A stretch of 64,000 bases of DNA from an uncultured Chitinophagaceae bacterium (GCA_964638565.1 CAZXBE010000001.1:388-64387), one strand, 5' to 3'; shown: positions 29,887-39,171, counted from the first letter of the stretch. Program-made: numbers and translations. Notes: generated by a model not told the origin, from the sequence alone.

Positions 29887-30786
29887 GTGCATAACTGGAT
29901 AAAAAAAATAACATTCGTTTTATGGCTCCTGTTTGGAGTAGCTATAACTATTACATTAGTAGCAGCTATACGTAAAAAAGATCAATCCATCTGCAAAACC
30001 ATCACTATACAAATAGAACAAACAAATGGACATATTTTTTTAAGCGAAAAGGAAATAGAACAATTATTAGTAGGGAACAGTGCATCCACCATTATAAACA
30101 AACCCTTACAGCATATTGATTTGCGAGCATTAGAAAATATACTCTTAGCCAATATATGGATTCAAAAAGCCAATTTGTTCTTTGATAATAATAATGTATT
30201 AAACATACACGTTACAGAACGTACACCTATAGCCAGAGTGTTTGATATGTGGGGAAAATCGTTTTACATAGACAGTAGCTCTACGCAGTTGCCATTAGTG
30301 CAAAACATACATATACAATTACCTGTATTTACCAATTTTCCATTCAATAGTAACAAGCTCACAAAACAAGATAGCATGCTCTTACATCAAATAAAAGATA
30401 TAAGTGCTTGCATACTCGCAGACTCATTTTGGATGGCTCAAATACAACAAATTGATATAACCCCAGAGCGCAATTTTGAAATGATACCTACCATAGGCAA
30501 TCATCTAATTGTATTTGGTGATGCCATCAATTATAAAAATAAATTTACAAGATTGAAAACATTTTACGAAAAAGCTTGGGCTAAAGTAGGCTTAGAAAAG
30601 TATGTAATATTAGATCTTAGATTTGATAGGCAAATTATAGCAACTCGTAAAGGCGCTGGTACTATTGGTATCGATACTGCCCAAGCCAAATTATGGATGC
30701 AAGAGTTAATGAAGAAAAATACTCAACAAACAGATAGTGTAGGTTTTAGCTTCCCCCACCTTAGGCGCAGAACCAGATGGGGCTGA
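29887..30786 (+). CDS. ftsQ: cell division protein FtsQ (POTRA-containing), possibly frameshifted at the 3-prime end
   Basis: GTG start, N-terminal TM anchor, POTRA-like region, canonical position. See the finding on the C5 tract at 30753-30757. Confidence 0.75.
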   Translation: MHNWIKKITFVLWLLFGVAITITLVAAIRKKDQSICKTITIQIEQTNGHIFLSEKEIEQLLVGNSASTIINKPLQHIDLRALENILLANIWIQKANLFFDNNNVLNIHVTERTPIARVFDMWGKSFYIDSSSTQLPLVQNIHIQLPVFTNFPFNSNKLTKQDSMLLHQIKDISACILADSFWMAQIQQIDITPERNFEMIPTIGNHLIVFGDAINYKNKFTRLKTFYEKAWAKVGLEKYVILDLRFDRQIIATRKGAGTIGIDTAQAKLWMQELMKKNTQQTDSVGFSFPHLRRRTRWG

Positions 30787-31000
30787 TAGTACACACATTG
30801 CAACCATTATAGATCACCCTCCAACAGATAGTATAAAACTAGATAGTGACAGCATAACTAAAAAAATATCCATAACAAATAAAAAAAATAATATGAACAA
30901 ACAAAAAATAGCAAATAATAAACCAGTAATCAAGAAACCTAAAGTACCTTTGTAAGATGTTATGAGCCATTATTTTTTTTTCACCACTTAATTATTTTTT

Positions 31001-31420
31001 ATGAAACAATTATTTAGCATTTCCATCGTTTTAACAATACTTATCGCTTGTAACAAAAAAGTCTCCCCTAGTCCTGCAACCATTAAAGACAGTATAGTAG
31101 GTATATGGTCGGGTAGATACGGCACAAACAGAAACAATCCTACTGCAGGGAGTATATGGTGTGCAGAAATAAAAGCTAATGATTCTATTATTGTTTATGA
31201 TCTCGACTCCCTCCCAAATTCTAGTAGTATGTATATCGCAAGAGGGAAATGGTCAATTACAGAAAAGAATCTATTAGCTTCTTGGCAATATGCAAATGGT
31301 GATAAATACAGCTCTAGAGCATCAGTTAGTAATCAAAACAAAAGCATGGATGGAAATTTTTTTTTAACTAATAATTCTACGAGAAAAGATTCATTTTTCT
31401 TCAACAAACTACCAAAATAA
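31001..31420 (+). CDS. small lipoprotein, unknown function (paralog of 4709..5116)
   Basis: Lipobox LTILIAC; IVGIWSGR / DSIIVYD / RGKWSI motifs shared with the ORF at 4709. Confidence 0.55.
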   Translation: MKQLFSISIVLTILIACNKKVSPSPATIKDSIVGIWSGRYGTNRNNPTAGSIWCAEIKANDSIIVYDLDSLPNSSSMYIARGKWSITEKNLLASWQYANGDKYSSRASVSNQNKSMDGNFFLTNNSTRKDSFFFNKLPK

Positions 31421-31432
31421 CTACACCCAATT

Positions 31433-32803
31433 ATGCATAACAACGAAATGCCCATTATTGTAGGGCTCGATATCGGAACTACTAAAATAGCGGCTATTGC
31501 TGGTCGTAAAAACGAATATGGAAAACTAGAGATATTGGGTTTTGGAAAAGCAAGCTCTAGCGGTGTGCAGCATGGTCAAGTATTAAATATTGATCAAACC
31601 ATTAAAGCCATACAACAGGCTTTAGAAAACTGTTATGCCTCCAACCCAAACCTTGAAATAAAAGAAGTATATGTAGGTATTGCAGGCCATCATATTAAAA
31701 GCTTACAAACCCGTGGAGATATAGTTAGACAAAACACTGAAGAAGAAATTTGCCAGTTAGAAATTGATCAATTAATTAATGATCAATACAAAACCTATAT
31801 CCCTGCAGGAGATCAAATTATTGATGTTATTGCACAAGAATTTACTGTTGATAATTTTCAAAACATTCCAAACCCTATTGGATACAGCGGTGTAAAAGTG
31901 GGCGCTAACTTTCACATCATCACTGGCGATAGAAATGCTATTCGCAATATTAACCGTGCAGTTGAAAAAAGTGGCTTACACACCAAAGATTTAGTATTAC
32001 AACCTTTAGCATCTGCCGCAGCAGTAATGTGCGAACATGATATGGAAGCAGGTGTTGCTATTGTAGATATTGGTGGTGGAACATCTGATTTAGCCGTATT
32101 CTATGAAGGTATATTAAAACATACGGCCGTTATTCCTTTTGGTGGAGAAAATATTACCAACGATATTAAAAATGGTTTAGGCGTATTAAAAACACAAGCA
32201 GAACAAATGAAGGTGCAATTTGGTAGTGCTTTATCCGATGAAGCAAAAGCAAATGCATTTATTACTATACCGGGTTTACGTGGTTTACCAGCTAAAGAAA
32301 TTAGTGCAAAAAATTTATCTCATATCATACAAGCTCGTATGAGTGAAATTTTAGATTTTGTAAGCTATCATTTAAAACAAGTAGGACTGGATAATAAAAT
32401 GTTGAATGGAGGCATTGTACTTACTGGTGGAGGAGCACAACTAAAACACCTTATACAATTAACCGAATATGCAACGGGTTTAAATGCACGTATTGGTTAT
32501 CCGAATGAACACTTAGCTTCTGGGCATATTGAAGAACTAGCAAAACCGGTGTATGCAACTTGTATTGGTTTAATATTGAAAGGATACAGCGATTATGAAC
32601 ACAATCGAAAAGCATTTGAAAAAAACCATATCACATTAGATGTGCCAGAAGGCTTAAAAAAACTTGTAGAAAATAATGCTGAAACTGAACGAAGAACTAT
32701 TGCAGACCGTACTCGTAATAAAAAAGGAGTAAAAGATTTTTGGGGTAAATTTAAAGACGGCATTGTGGATTTATTTAAAGAAGAAGAGGATGTGAAGTTG
32801 TAA
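31433..32803 (+). CDS. ftsA: cell division protein FtsA
   Basis: Actin-fold motifs VGLDIGTTKI and VDIGGGTSD; C-terminal amphipathic tail. Confidence 0.92.
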   Translation: MHNNEMPIIVGLDIGTTKIAAIAGRKNEYGKLEILGFGKASSSGVQHGQVLNIDQTIKAIQQALENCYASNPNLEIKEVYVGIAGHHIKSLQTRGDIVRQNTEEEICQLEIDQLINDQYKTYIPAGDQIIDVIAQEFTVDNFQNIPNPIGYSGVKVGANFHIITGDRNAIRNINRAVEKSGLHTKDLVLQPLASAAAVMCEHDMEAGVAIVDIGGGTSDLAVFYEGILKHTAVIPFGGENITNDIKNGLGVLKTQAEQMKVQFGSALSDEAKANAFITIPGLRGLPAKEISAKNLSHIIQARMSEILDFVSYHLKQVGLDNKMLNGGIVLTGGGAQLKHLIQLTEYATGLNARIGYPNEHLASGHIEELAKPVYATCIGLILKGYSDYEHNRKAFEKNHITLDVPEGLKKLVENNAETERRTIADRTRNKKGVKDFWGKFKDGIVDLFKEEEDVKL

Positions 32804-32843
32804 TTAGAAATTTTAAATTAGGAATTAGAAATGACCAAAGCTC

Positions 32844-32865
32844 TGGTTCGTGTCCCCACGAACCA
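32844..32865. repeat. REP-like GC-rich hairpin (left of RAYT)
   Basis: tGGTTCGTG-TCCC-CACGAACCa; the 8-bp core stem is identical to the hairpin at 33453-33476. Ends 19 nt before the RAYT ATG. Confidence 0.7.
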
Positions 32866-32884
32866 ACAATAAGATGATATAAAA

Positions 32885-33445
32885 ATGAATGAAGCATTAT
32901 TTACATATAAAAGAAAATCGCATATTGAAATAGGTGAAATATATTTTTGGACAGCCACTATTAATCAATGGCAACAACTGTTACGGGAAGAAGCATATAA
33001 AAAAGTTATTATAAACTCTTTAGAATATTTGAGCAATGCAGAAAAAGTAAATGTGTTTGCATTTGTCATCATGCCCAATCATATTCATTTAATATGGAGG
33101 ATTAATGCAATGAATGGTAAAGAACAATCACAACATTCGTTTTTAAAAAACACGGCACATGAATTTAAAAAAATGTTGTGTAGTGATGATGAAAACAAAT
33201 TGAAAACGTATGCAGTAGTAGCTGATAACAAAAGGTATGAATTTTGGCAAAGAGATGCATTAGCCATTCCTTTGTACACAAAAAATATTGCCTTGCAAAA
33301 ATTAAATTATATCCATAACAATCCACTGGCAGAGCGTTGGCAGTTAGCCAAAGATCCATGTGCATATGCATACTCATCAGCAAAATATTATGAAATGGAT
33401 ATAAAAGAGTATACTTTTTTAAAAGATTTAAGAGATGAATTTTAA
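32885..33445 (+). CDS. REP-associated tyrosine transposase (RAYT, Y1/HUH IS200-like transposase family)
   Basis: 186 aa; HUH motif in FVIMPNHIHLIW; C-terminal catalytic Tyr context LNYIHNNPL. Single gene without tnpB, bracketed by inverted hairpins. Confidence 0.8.
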   Translation: MNEALFTYKRKSHIEIGEIYFWTATINQWQQLLREEAYKKVIINSLEYLSNAEKVNVFAFVIMPNHIHLIWRINAMNGKEQSQHSFLKNTAHEFKKMLCSDDENKLKTYAVVADNKRYEFWQRDALAIPLYTKNIALQKLNYIHNNPLAERWQLAKDPCAYAYSSAKYYEMDIKEYTFLKDLRDEF

Positions 33446-33452
33446 AATACAA

Positions 33453-33476
33453 TTGGTTCGTGAGGACACGAACCAA
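33453..33476. repeat. REP-like GC-rich hairpin (right of RAYT, inverted relative to the left copy)
   Basis: ttGGTTCGTG-AGGA-CACGAACCaa. The reverse complement of the left copy has loop GGGA, so the two are inverted copies with one loop difference. Starts 7 nt after the RAYT stop. Confidence 0.7.
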
Positions 33477-33624
33477 GTCAATAGCAAGGATTTGAACTCA
33501 TCAAAAATATAGCTTAAGTGATGCAAATAATTATTTACATAGTAAATATACTTAGCATGAATAATACTCATAATTTTAATTACTAATTCTCCTTTTACTA
33601 ATAACTCCATTAAATTCTCTCATT

Positions 33625-35304
33625 ATGATTCATTTCGATTTACCCAAACAACAATCCTCCATCATAAAAGTAATTGGTGTAGGTGGTGGCGGCAGCAATG
33701 CTGTCAACTTCATGTTTAGTGATAATATTGACGGCGTTGATTTTATTATTTGTAATACTGATGCGCAAGCCCTTGCCCAAAGCCCTGTGCCTAATAAAAT
33801 TCAGTTAGGGCCACACTTAACACAAGGTTTAGGCGCCGGCGCCAATCCTGAAATTGGTAAACAAGCCACCGAAGAATCATTAGATGAGATAAAAAGAATT
33901 TTAGAAGTCAATACCAAAATGGCGTTTATTACTGCAGGTATGGGCGGTGGCACAGGCACGGGCGGAGCGCCCATTATGGCACAAATTTGCCGCGACTTAG
34001 GTATTTTAACTGTAGGCATTGTTACCACTCCCTTTGGCTTTGAAGGCCCTAAACGCCATGCACAAGCAGAAGCGGGAATCAATATCTTAAAAGAATATGT
34101 AGATACTTTATTAGTTATTAGTAATGATAAATTACGAGTACAATTTGGTAACCTCAAAATGAAAGAGGCTTTTTCGAAAGCAGATAATGTATTAGCTACA
34201 GCCGCAAAATGTATTACCGATGTAATTAGTAGTCAAGGACAAATTAATGTAGACTTTGCCGATGTATGCACTGTAATGCGCAATGGTGGAGTAGCCATTT
34301 TAGGTAGCGCTGCTATAAGTGGCGAAAACCGTGCACATCGTGCTATTGAAGAAGCTTTAAACTCTCCATTACTAAACGACAATGATATTCGGGGCGCTCG
34401 TTGGATATTAATTAACATTAATTCTGCCGAAGGCGAACATGAGTTTACAATGGATGAAGTAGATATTATCCAAAGTTATTTACGTAATCAGGCAGGTGAA
34501 GATACCGATGTAATATTGGGCATGGGGTATGATAATAATTTAGAAGATAAAATTAGTATAACCCTTGTTGCAACAGGATTTCAATATAAAGACCCCTTTG
34601 CAAAAAAATTAACCCAAACAGTAGTTAAAGATAAAAAAGAGGAAAAAATAGTAATGACTTTGGGCATAGAAGGAGAAGAAAAAAAATTATATAATCAATC
34701 TACACTACCTTTTGTTGAAAAAAATAAGGAAGAAACTTTGGAAACGAAAATAGTTTCCTTTATTTCCGAACAGAAACAACATGTAACGGATGCTACAGAC
34801 GAACAGAAGCCAATAAAAATGATTATAGAAGAAGAGATAGATCATCAGGCTTCCATTACTTCTGGAGGCTATCTTACACGTCCTGTTCAAATTTATGAAG
34901 AAGTGAAGAGGCAGGAAGATAAAATAGTACAACCTGTTAAAGAAGAAATGCCTTCCATAGAAATGACAATGGTTATTAAAGAAGACGTAGAAGTAAACCA
35001 AACGACTACAACCATTCAAGTAGTACCAGAAGAAATTATTATTAATGATGAAATAGAAGAACAAAAAAGAAAAGCTGCTGAACGCATTCAAAAACTTCGA
35101 AACTTATCATTCAATATTAATGGCAACGATCCAAACAATGAGTTTGAAACGGTTCCAGCATACATTCGTAAAAACTTAGAGTTATATAATACTACTAATA
35201 GTGTAGAAAATTTTTACAGTAATTATCAAGTTAAAACAGATGAAAACAATCAAACACAAATTAGCACATTGAATTCTTTTTTAGATGGAAAAAAGCCAGA
35301 TTAA
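33625..35304 (+). CDS. ftsZ: cell division GTPase FtsZ with long E/K/I-rich C-terminal linker
   Basis: IKVIGVGGGGSNAVN and tubulin signature GMGGGTGTGGAP; 559 aa. Confidence 0.95.
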   Translation: MIHFDLPKQQSSIIKVIGVGGGGSNAVNFMFSDNIDGVDFIICNTDAQALAQSPVPNKIQLGPHLTQGLGAGANPEIGKQATEESLDEIKRILEVNTKMAFITAGMGGGTGTGGAPIMAQICRDLGILTVGIVTTPFGFEGPKRHAQAEAGINILKEYVDTLLVISNDKLRVQFGNLKMKEAFSKADNVLATAAKCITDVISSQGQINVDFADVCTVMRNGGVAILGSAAISGENRAHRAIEEALNSPLLNDNDIRGARWILININSAEGEHEFTMDEVDIIQSYLRNQAGEDTDVILGMGYDNNLEDKISITLVATGFQYKDPFAKKLTQTVVKDKKEEKIVMTLGIEGEEKKLYNQSTLPFVEKNKEETLETKIVSFISEQKQHVTDATDEQKPIKMIIEEEIDHQASITSGGYLTRPVQIYEEVKRQEDKIVQPVKEEMPSIEMTMVIKEDVEVNQTTTTIQVVPEEIIINDEIEEQKRKAAERIQKLRNLSFNINGNDPNNEFETVPAYIRKNLELYNTTNSVENFYSNYQVKTDENNQTQISTLNSFLDGKKPD

Positions 35305-35327
35305 GTAATGTGCTAAAGTAAAATACT

Positions 35328-35362
35328 TGTCATGCTGAGCATAGTCGAAGCATGACATTTTT
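35328..35362 (+). terminator. GAGCRTAGTCGAA-core hairpin followed by T5; probable ftsZ terminator
   Basis: tgtcatgc-tgagcatagtcgaa-gcatgaca (8-bp stem) then ttttt, 24 nt after the ftsZ stop. Confidence 0.55.
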
Positions 35363-35384
35363 ATTAAAAGTTATACTATATTTC

Positions 35385-36164
35385 ATGCCAACTATTTCTC
35401 AGTCTTTCGACACATTAATCCAAATAATGGATGAGTTACGAGAAAAATGTCCTTGGGATAAAAAACAAACTATACAAACGCTTAGAAGCCTTACTATAGA
35501 AGAAACCTATGAATTAGTAGATGCCATCACACAAAAAAATTGGCAACATATAAAAGAAGAATTAGGTGATGTTTTATTACATATTGTATTTTATGCTTGC
35601 ATAGCAAAAGAGGAAAGACAATTTACTATTAATGAAGTTATACAAACCCTTTGCAATAAATTAATCCATCGCCATCCTCATATTTATGGTAATGTTGAGG
35701 CCAATACAGAAGAAGAAGTAAAACGCAATTGGGAAAAGTTAAAATTAAAAGAAGGTAAAACTTCCATATTGGGCGGTGTTCCAAAAGCTTTACCTGCTAT
35801 GGTAAAAGCTACTCGTATTCAAGAAAAAGTAAAACAAGTAGGGTTTGAATGGAGCAATACTAAAGAGGTATGGAATAAAGTAGAAGAAGAAATAAAAGAA
35901 CTACAAGAAGCTATTATCGAAAATGATCAAACACATATAGAAGAAGAGTGGGGTGATGTAGTATTTAGTCTAATTAATTACGCTCGATTTCTAAAAGTAG
36001 ATCCGGAAATGGCGCTGGAAAAAATCAATCAAAAATTTATACAGCGATTTACAGCTATGGAAAATTTGGCAAAGCAGCAAAATAAACGGTTAGAAAATAT
36101 GTCCCTCGCAGAAATGGATGCTCTGTGGGTAGAGATTAAAAATAGCATAGCCCATAGTCATTAA
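35385..36164 (+). CDS. mazG: nucleoside triphosphate pyrophosphohydrolase MazG
   Basis: LREKCPWDKKQT, EETYELVDAI and EELGDVLL motifs. ATG 35385 chosen because the ORF-track start 35352 lies inside the upstream hairpin. Confidence 0.85.
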   Translation: MPTISQSFDTLIQIMDELREKCPWDKKQTIQTLRSLTIEETYELVDAITQKNWQHIKEELGDVLLHIVFYACIAKEERQFTINEVIQTLCNKLIHRHPHIYGNVEANTEEEVKRNWEKLKLKEGKTSILGGVPKALPAMVKATRIQEKVKQVGFEWSNTKEVWNKVEEEIKELQEAIIENDQTHIEEEWGDVVFSLINYARFLKVDPEMALEKINQKFIQRFTAMENLAKQQNKRLENMSLAEMDALWVEIKNSIAHSH

Positions 36165-36658
36165 AATTGAATAAATGCATCTACTTGATCATACATGTCT
36201 TGTAGGGTTAGTGTATTTATAATTTGCATATGTTCGTTCATCAAATTTTCCACCTTTGATAAATAAATATTTTGAGGCAATATGGTTAAACCTATATAAT
36301 GTAAAACACTCATTAGATGTTCTATACCCCGCAAATTGCCTGCTCGGCCAGAAGCTACGCCTACTAAAGCTGCTTTTTTATTTTTCCAAACTTCTCTAGG
36401 TAGTAAATCTATTAATACCTTAAGCACACCCGGAAAGCTTCCATTATATTCAGGAACAATGAAAAGTAATTTTAACGAGGGTAATAAAATATTCTCCCCA
36501 AGTTGAATAATGATTTCTTTATCGCTTAAAGGATCAAATTTTTCTAACGACACGAGTTGGGCTTCAATACCTCTTTCTTGTAAAATTTTTTTGTATTGAT
36601 GAGCAACATGTAGAGATTTACTACCTTTTCTATTGGTTGCAGAAATAATGGTGTACAT
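36161..36658 (-). CDS. NAD(P)H-dependent FMN reductase family oxidoreductase
   Basis: 165 aa flavodoxin-like; MYTIISATNRKGSKS N-terminus and PEYNGSFPG motif. Confidence 0.7.
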   Translation of the reverse strand: MYTIISATNRKGSKSLHVAHQYKKILQERGIEAQLVSLEKFDPLSDKEIIIQLGENILLPSLKLLFIVPEYNGSFPGVLKVLIDLLPREVWKNKKAALVGVASGRAGNLRGIEHLMSVLHYIGLTILPQNIYLSKVENLMNEHMQIINTLTLQDMYDQVDAFIQF

Positions 36659-36794
36659 AATGTAATTTATAAAATCTGCTAATATAGAATAGTTATGTGG
36701 ATACCATGCATTTTAATGTGGAATAATAAGTATCTTCATCCCAGATGATTAAGTTAATTTTGCAGGCTAGTTATATAGTTAAATATCAAATTAA

Positions 36795-37601
36795 ATGGCA
36801 AGGATAATTGGTGTAACAAATCAAAAAGGAGGAGTAGGTAAAACAACAACAGCTATCAACCTAGCCGCAAGCTTTGCTGTGTTGGAATACAAAACGTTAC
36901 TAGTTGATGCAGATCCTCAAGCAAATAGTACTACCGGCGTTGGCTTTGATTTACATAATATTAATATCAGCTTATACGATGTGATGATTAACAAAGCTGC
37001 TGTTGGAGATGTTGTTTTAAAATCGGCAATCCCCAATTTAGATATTATTCCATCACACATCGATTTGGTAGGGGCAGAGATTGAGATGATTAATTATCCC
37101 AACCGTGAAATGGTTTTGAAAAATATACTAGATCCTATTCGAGATAAATATGATTTTATTGTGGTGGACTGCTTACCCTCTTTAGGATTAATTACAGTGA
37201 ATGTGCTTACTGCGGCAGATGCGGTGGTTGTACCTGTACAGTGCGAATTTTTTGCTCTTGAGGGGTTAGGAAAGCTTTTAAATACAATTAAAATAGTACA
37301 AAACAGATTAAATCCGCAGTTGTTGGTAGAAGGCATTTTGATGACAATGTATGATGGTCGGTTACGCCTATGTAATCAAGTAGTAAATGAGGTTAGGCGA
37401 CATTTTGAAGAAATGGTTTTCAATACAGTCATTCATCGAAATACTCGCCTAAGTGAGGCTCCAAGTTTTGGTAAACCAGCTATCTTATATGATGCAGAAA
37501 GTAAAGGAGCTATCAATTATTTAAATCTTGCTAAAGAAATTTTACAAAAAAATAATCTCACTAAAATAAAGCAACAAAAACGTATTTTAACTCATAAGTA
37601 A
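36795..37601 (+). CDS. parA: chromosome partitioning ATPase ParA/Soj
   Basis: Deviant Walker [12 protein letters not shown]; followed directly by parB. Confidence 0.92.
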   Translation: MARIIGVTNQKGGVGKTTTAINLAASFAVLEYKTLLVDADPQANSTTGVGFDLHNINISLYDVMINKAAVGDVVLKSAIPNLDIIPSHIDLVGAEIEMINYPNREMVLKNILDPIRDKYDFIVVDCLPSLGLITVNVLTAADAVVVPVQCEFFALEGLGKLLNTIKIVQNRLNPQLLVEGILMTMYDGRLRLCNQVVNEVRRHFEEMVFNTVIHRNTRLSEAPSFGKPAILYDAESKGAINYLNLAKEILQKNNLTKIKQQKRILTHK

Positions 37602-37603
37602 AT

Positions 37604-38515
37604 ATGACAACGTCTCATAAAAAAGATGCTATAGGAAAAGGTATTCGATCATTACTTCAAAATATTGATACTGATTTACAAACCACAACAAATACATTAA
37701 AATCAACGGGCGATGTGTTCGTAGATGTGAATCATATCCCCATTCATAAAATTCGAATCAATCCCAAACAGCCTCGCAAAGATTTTGATATCAAAGCTTT
37801 GCAAGAATTGGCTGATTCTATTAAGTTGCATGGAATTATACAACCCATTACCGTTAGTATTTTACCCAATGGTACATATCAGCTTATTTCCGGAGAGCGT
37901 CGCTGGAGAGCGTCCAAAATTGCTAATTTAAAGGATATACCTGTTTATATTCGTAAAGCTAATGATCAAGAATTGTTAGAACTAGCGTTATTAGAAAATG
38001 TGCAGCGAGAAAATTTAAATGCTATAGAAATTGCATTAAGTTATAAACGATTAATGGATGAATTACATTTTAATCAAGAACAAGTAGCAGAGAGAATGGG
38101 TAAGGAGCGTACAACAGTTGCTAATTATATTCGGTTGCTGAAACTCCCTCCAGATATACAAATAGCTGTTCGTAATGGAGAGATAAGTATGGGTCATGCA
38201 AGAGCACTTATCAATATAGAGGCCGTAGATCAACAATTGTTTATTTTTAAAGAAATTATACAAAAAAAATTATCTGTTCGTCAAACAGAGGTTTTAGCAC
38301 GTACGCTAAGCAAAAAAAAGAATACAGTTCAAAAACACACACCCCATTCCCTTCCTGCTGCATATAAACGAATAGAAGATAATTTAGCCTCTTACTTTGG
38401 TACTAAAGTAAAATTAAAACATGCTAAAAACGGAAATGGAGATATTACTATAGAGTATTATTCCATTGAGGAGTTAAATAATATTTTGAGTCTAATGAAT
38501 ATTCAATGTGATTAA
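37604..38515 (+). CDS. parB: chromosome partitioning protein ParB/Spo0J
   Basis: NPKQPRK and ISGERRWRAS ParB box motifs plus an HTH region. Confidence 0.92.
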   Translation: MTTSHKKDAIGKGIRSLLQNIDTDLQTTTNTLKSTGDVFVDVNHIPIHKIRINPKQPRKDFDIKALQELADSIKLHGIIQPITVSILPNGTYQLISGERRWRASKIANLKDIPVYIRKANDQELLELALLENVQRENLNAIEIALSYKRLMDELHFNQEQVAERMGKERTTVANYIRLLKLPPDIQIAVRNGEISMGHARALINIEAVDQQLFIFKEIIQKKLSVRQTEVLARTLSKKKNTVQKHTPHSLPAAYKRIEDNLASYFGTKVKLKHAKNGNGDITIEYYSIEELNNILSLMNIQCD

Positions 38516-38523
38516 AAAAATTG

Positions 38524-39171
38524 ATGCAAAAGATCATATATTATATTGGATGTGTAATGTTCTTTTTATGCTGCAAACAAGTAAGCGCACAGCAGGATAG
38601 TGGTACTGTTCAAAAAAATTCTGTTTTTGTGAGCATTGATTCATCTAGCACGCCATCTTCTAGCGCTATAAAAAATACTTCTTTTATAACCATGTATAAT
38701 CCGCGAAAAGCGACTATGCACTCCCTTATATTACCGGGATGGGGGCAGGCGTATAATCATCAGTATTGGAAAATACCCTTTGTATATGCAGCCATAGGAA
38801 CAACAGTAGGTCTTTTTATATATAATTTTAAAAACTATAAAAGAACTAAGTATGCTTACACGGTGGCATATAATATCCAAAATAGAACAGATATGATAGG
38901 ATCGCCAACCTATAATGCTGTGGACGATAATTTAAAACCTTTTTTAGCTTTTCCGGAGGCTTTACGTGCTTATAGAAATAGCTTTAGACAAAGTATGGAC
39001 TATTCTGTTTTATTTTTTTTATTGGCTTGGGGATTAAATGTACTTGATGCTACGGTATCAGCACATTTAAAAACGTTTGATGTTAGTGATGATTTAAGTC
39101 TACAAATTGTGCCGGGTTACAGCAATACTGCGAATACGACAGGGGTGAGCTTAGTAGTAAATATTAAATAG
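38524..39171 (+). CDS. DUF5683-like membrane protein (usual Bacteroidota neighbour of parAB)
   Basis: SLILPGWGQAYNHQYWKIPFVYAAIG motif; position immediately after parB. Confidence 0.6.
   Translation: MQKIIYYIGCVMFFLCCKQVSAQQDSGTVQKNSVFVSIDSSSTPSSSAIKNTSFITMYNPRKATMHSLILPGWGQAYNHQYWKIPFVYAAIGTTVGLFIYNFKNYKRTKYAYTVAYNIQNRTDMIGSPTYNAVDDNLKPFLAFPEALRAYRNSFRQSMDYSVLFFLLAWGLNVLDATVSAHLKTFDVSDDLSLQIVPGYSNTANTTGVSLVVNIK

Noticed and set aside
33801-34157. 118-aa antisense ORF inside ftsZ. Similar shadow ORFs occur at 42955-43413 (inside the hexapeptide gene), 18630-18947, 25213-25587, 27391-27717, 34705-35091 and elsewhere.
   Set aside because: They are fully contained antisense to strongly supported genes, have low-complexity or repeat-mirroring sequence and no motifs. 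They are treated as frame shadows.
35352-35384. Upstream extension of mazG (MTFLLKVILYF)
   Set aside because: This ATG lies inside the terminator-like hairpin 35328-35357. The conserved MazG N-terminus begins at ATG 35385.
36690-36730. Two DnaA-box-like 9-mers (TGTGGATAc, TGTGGAATA) upstream of parA, suggesting oriC
   Set aside because: Only two imperfect boxes are present, with no obvious AT-rich unwinding repeats or further boxes. This is insufficient to call an origin; whole-genome GC skew would be needed.
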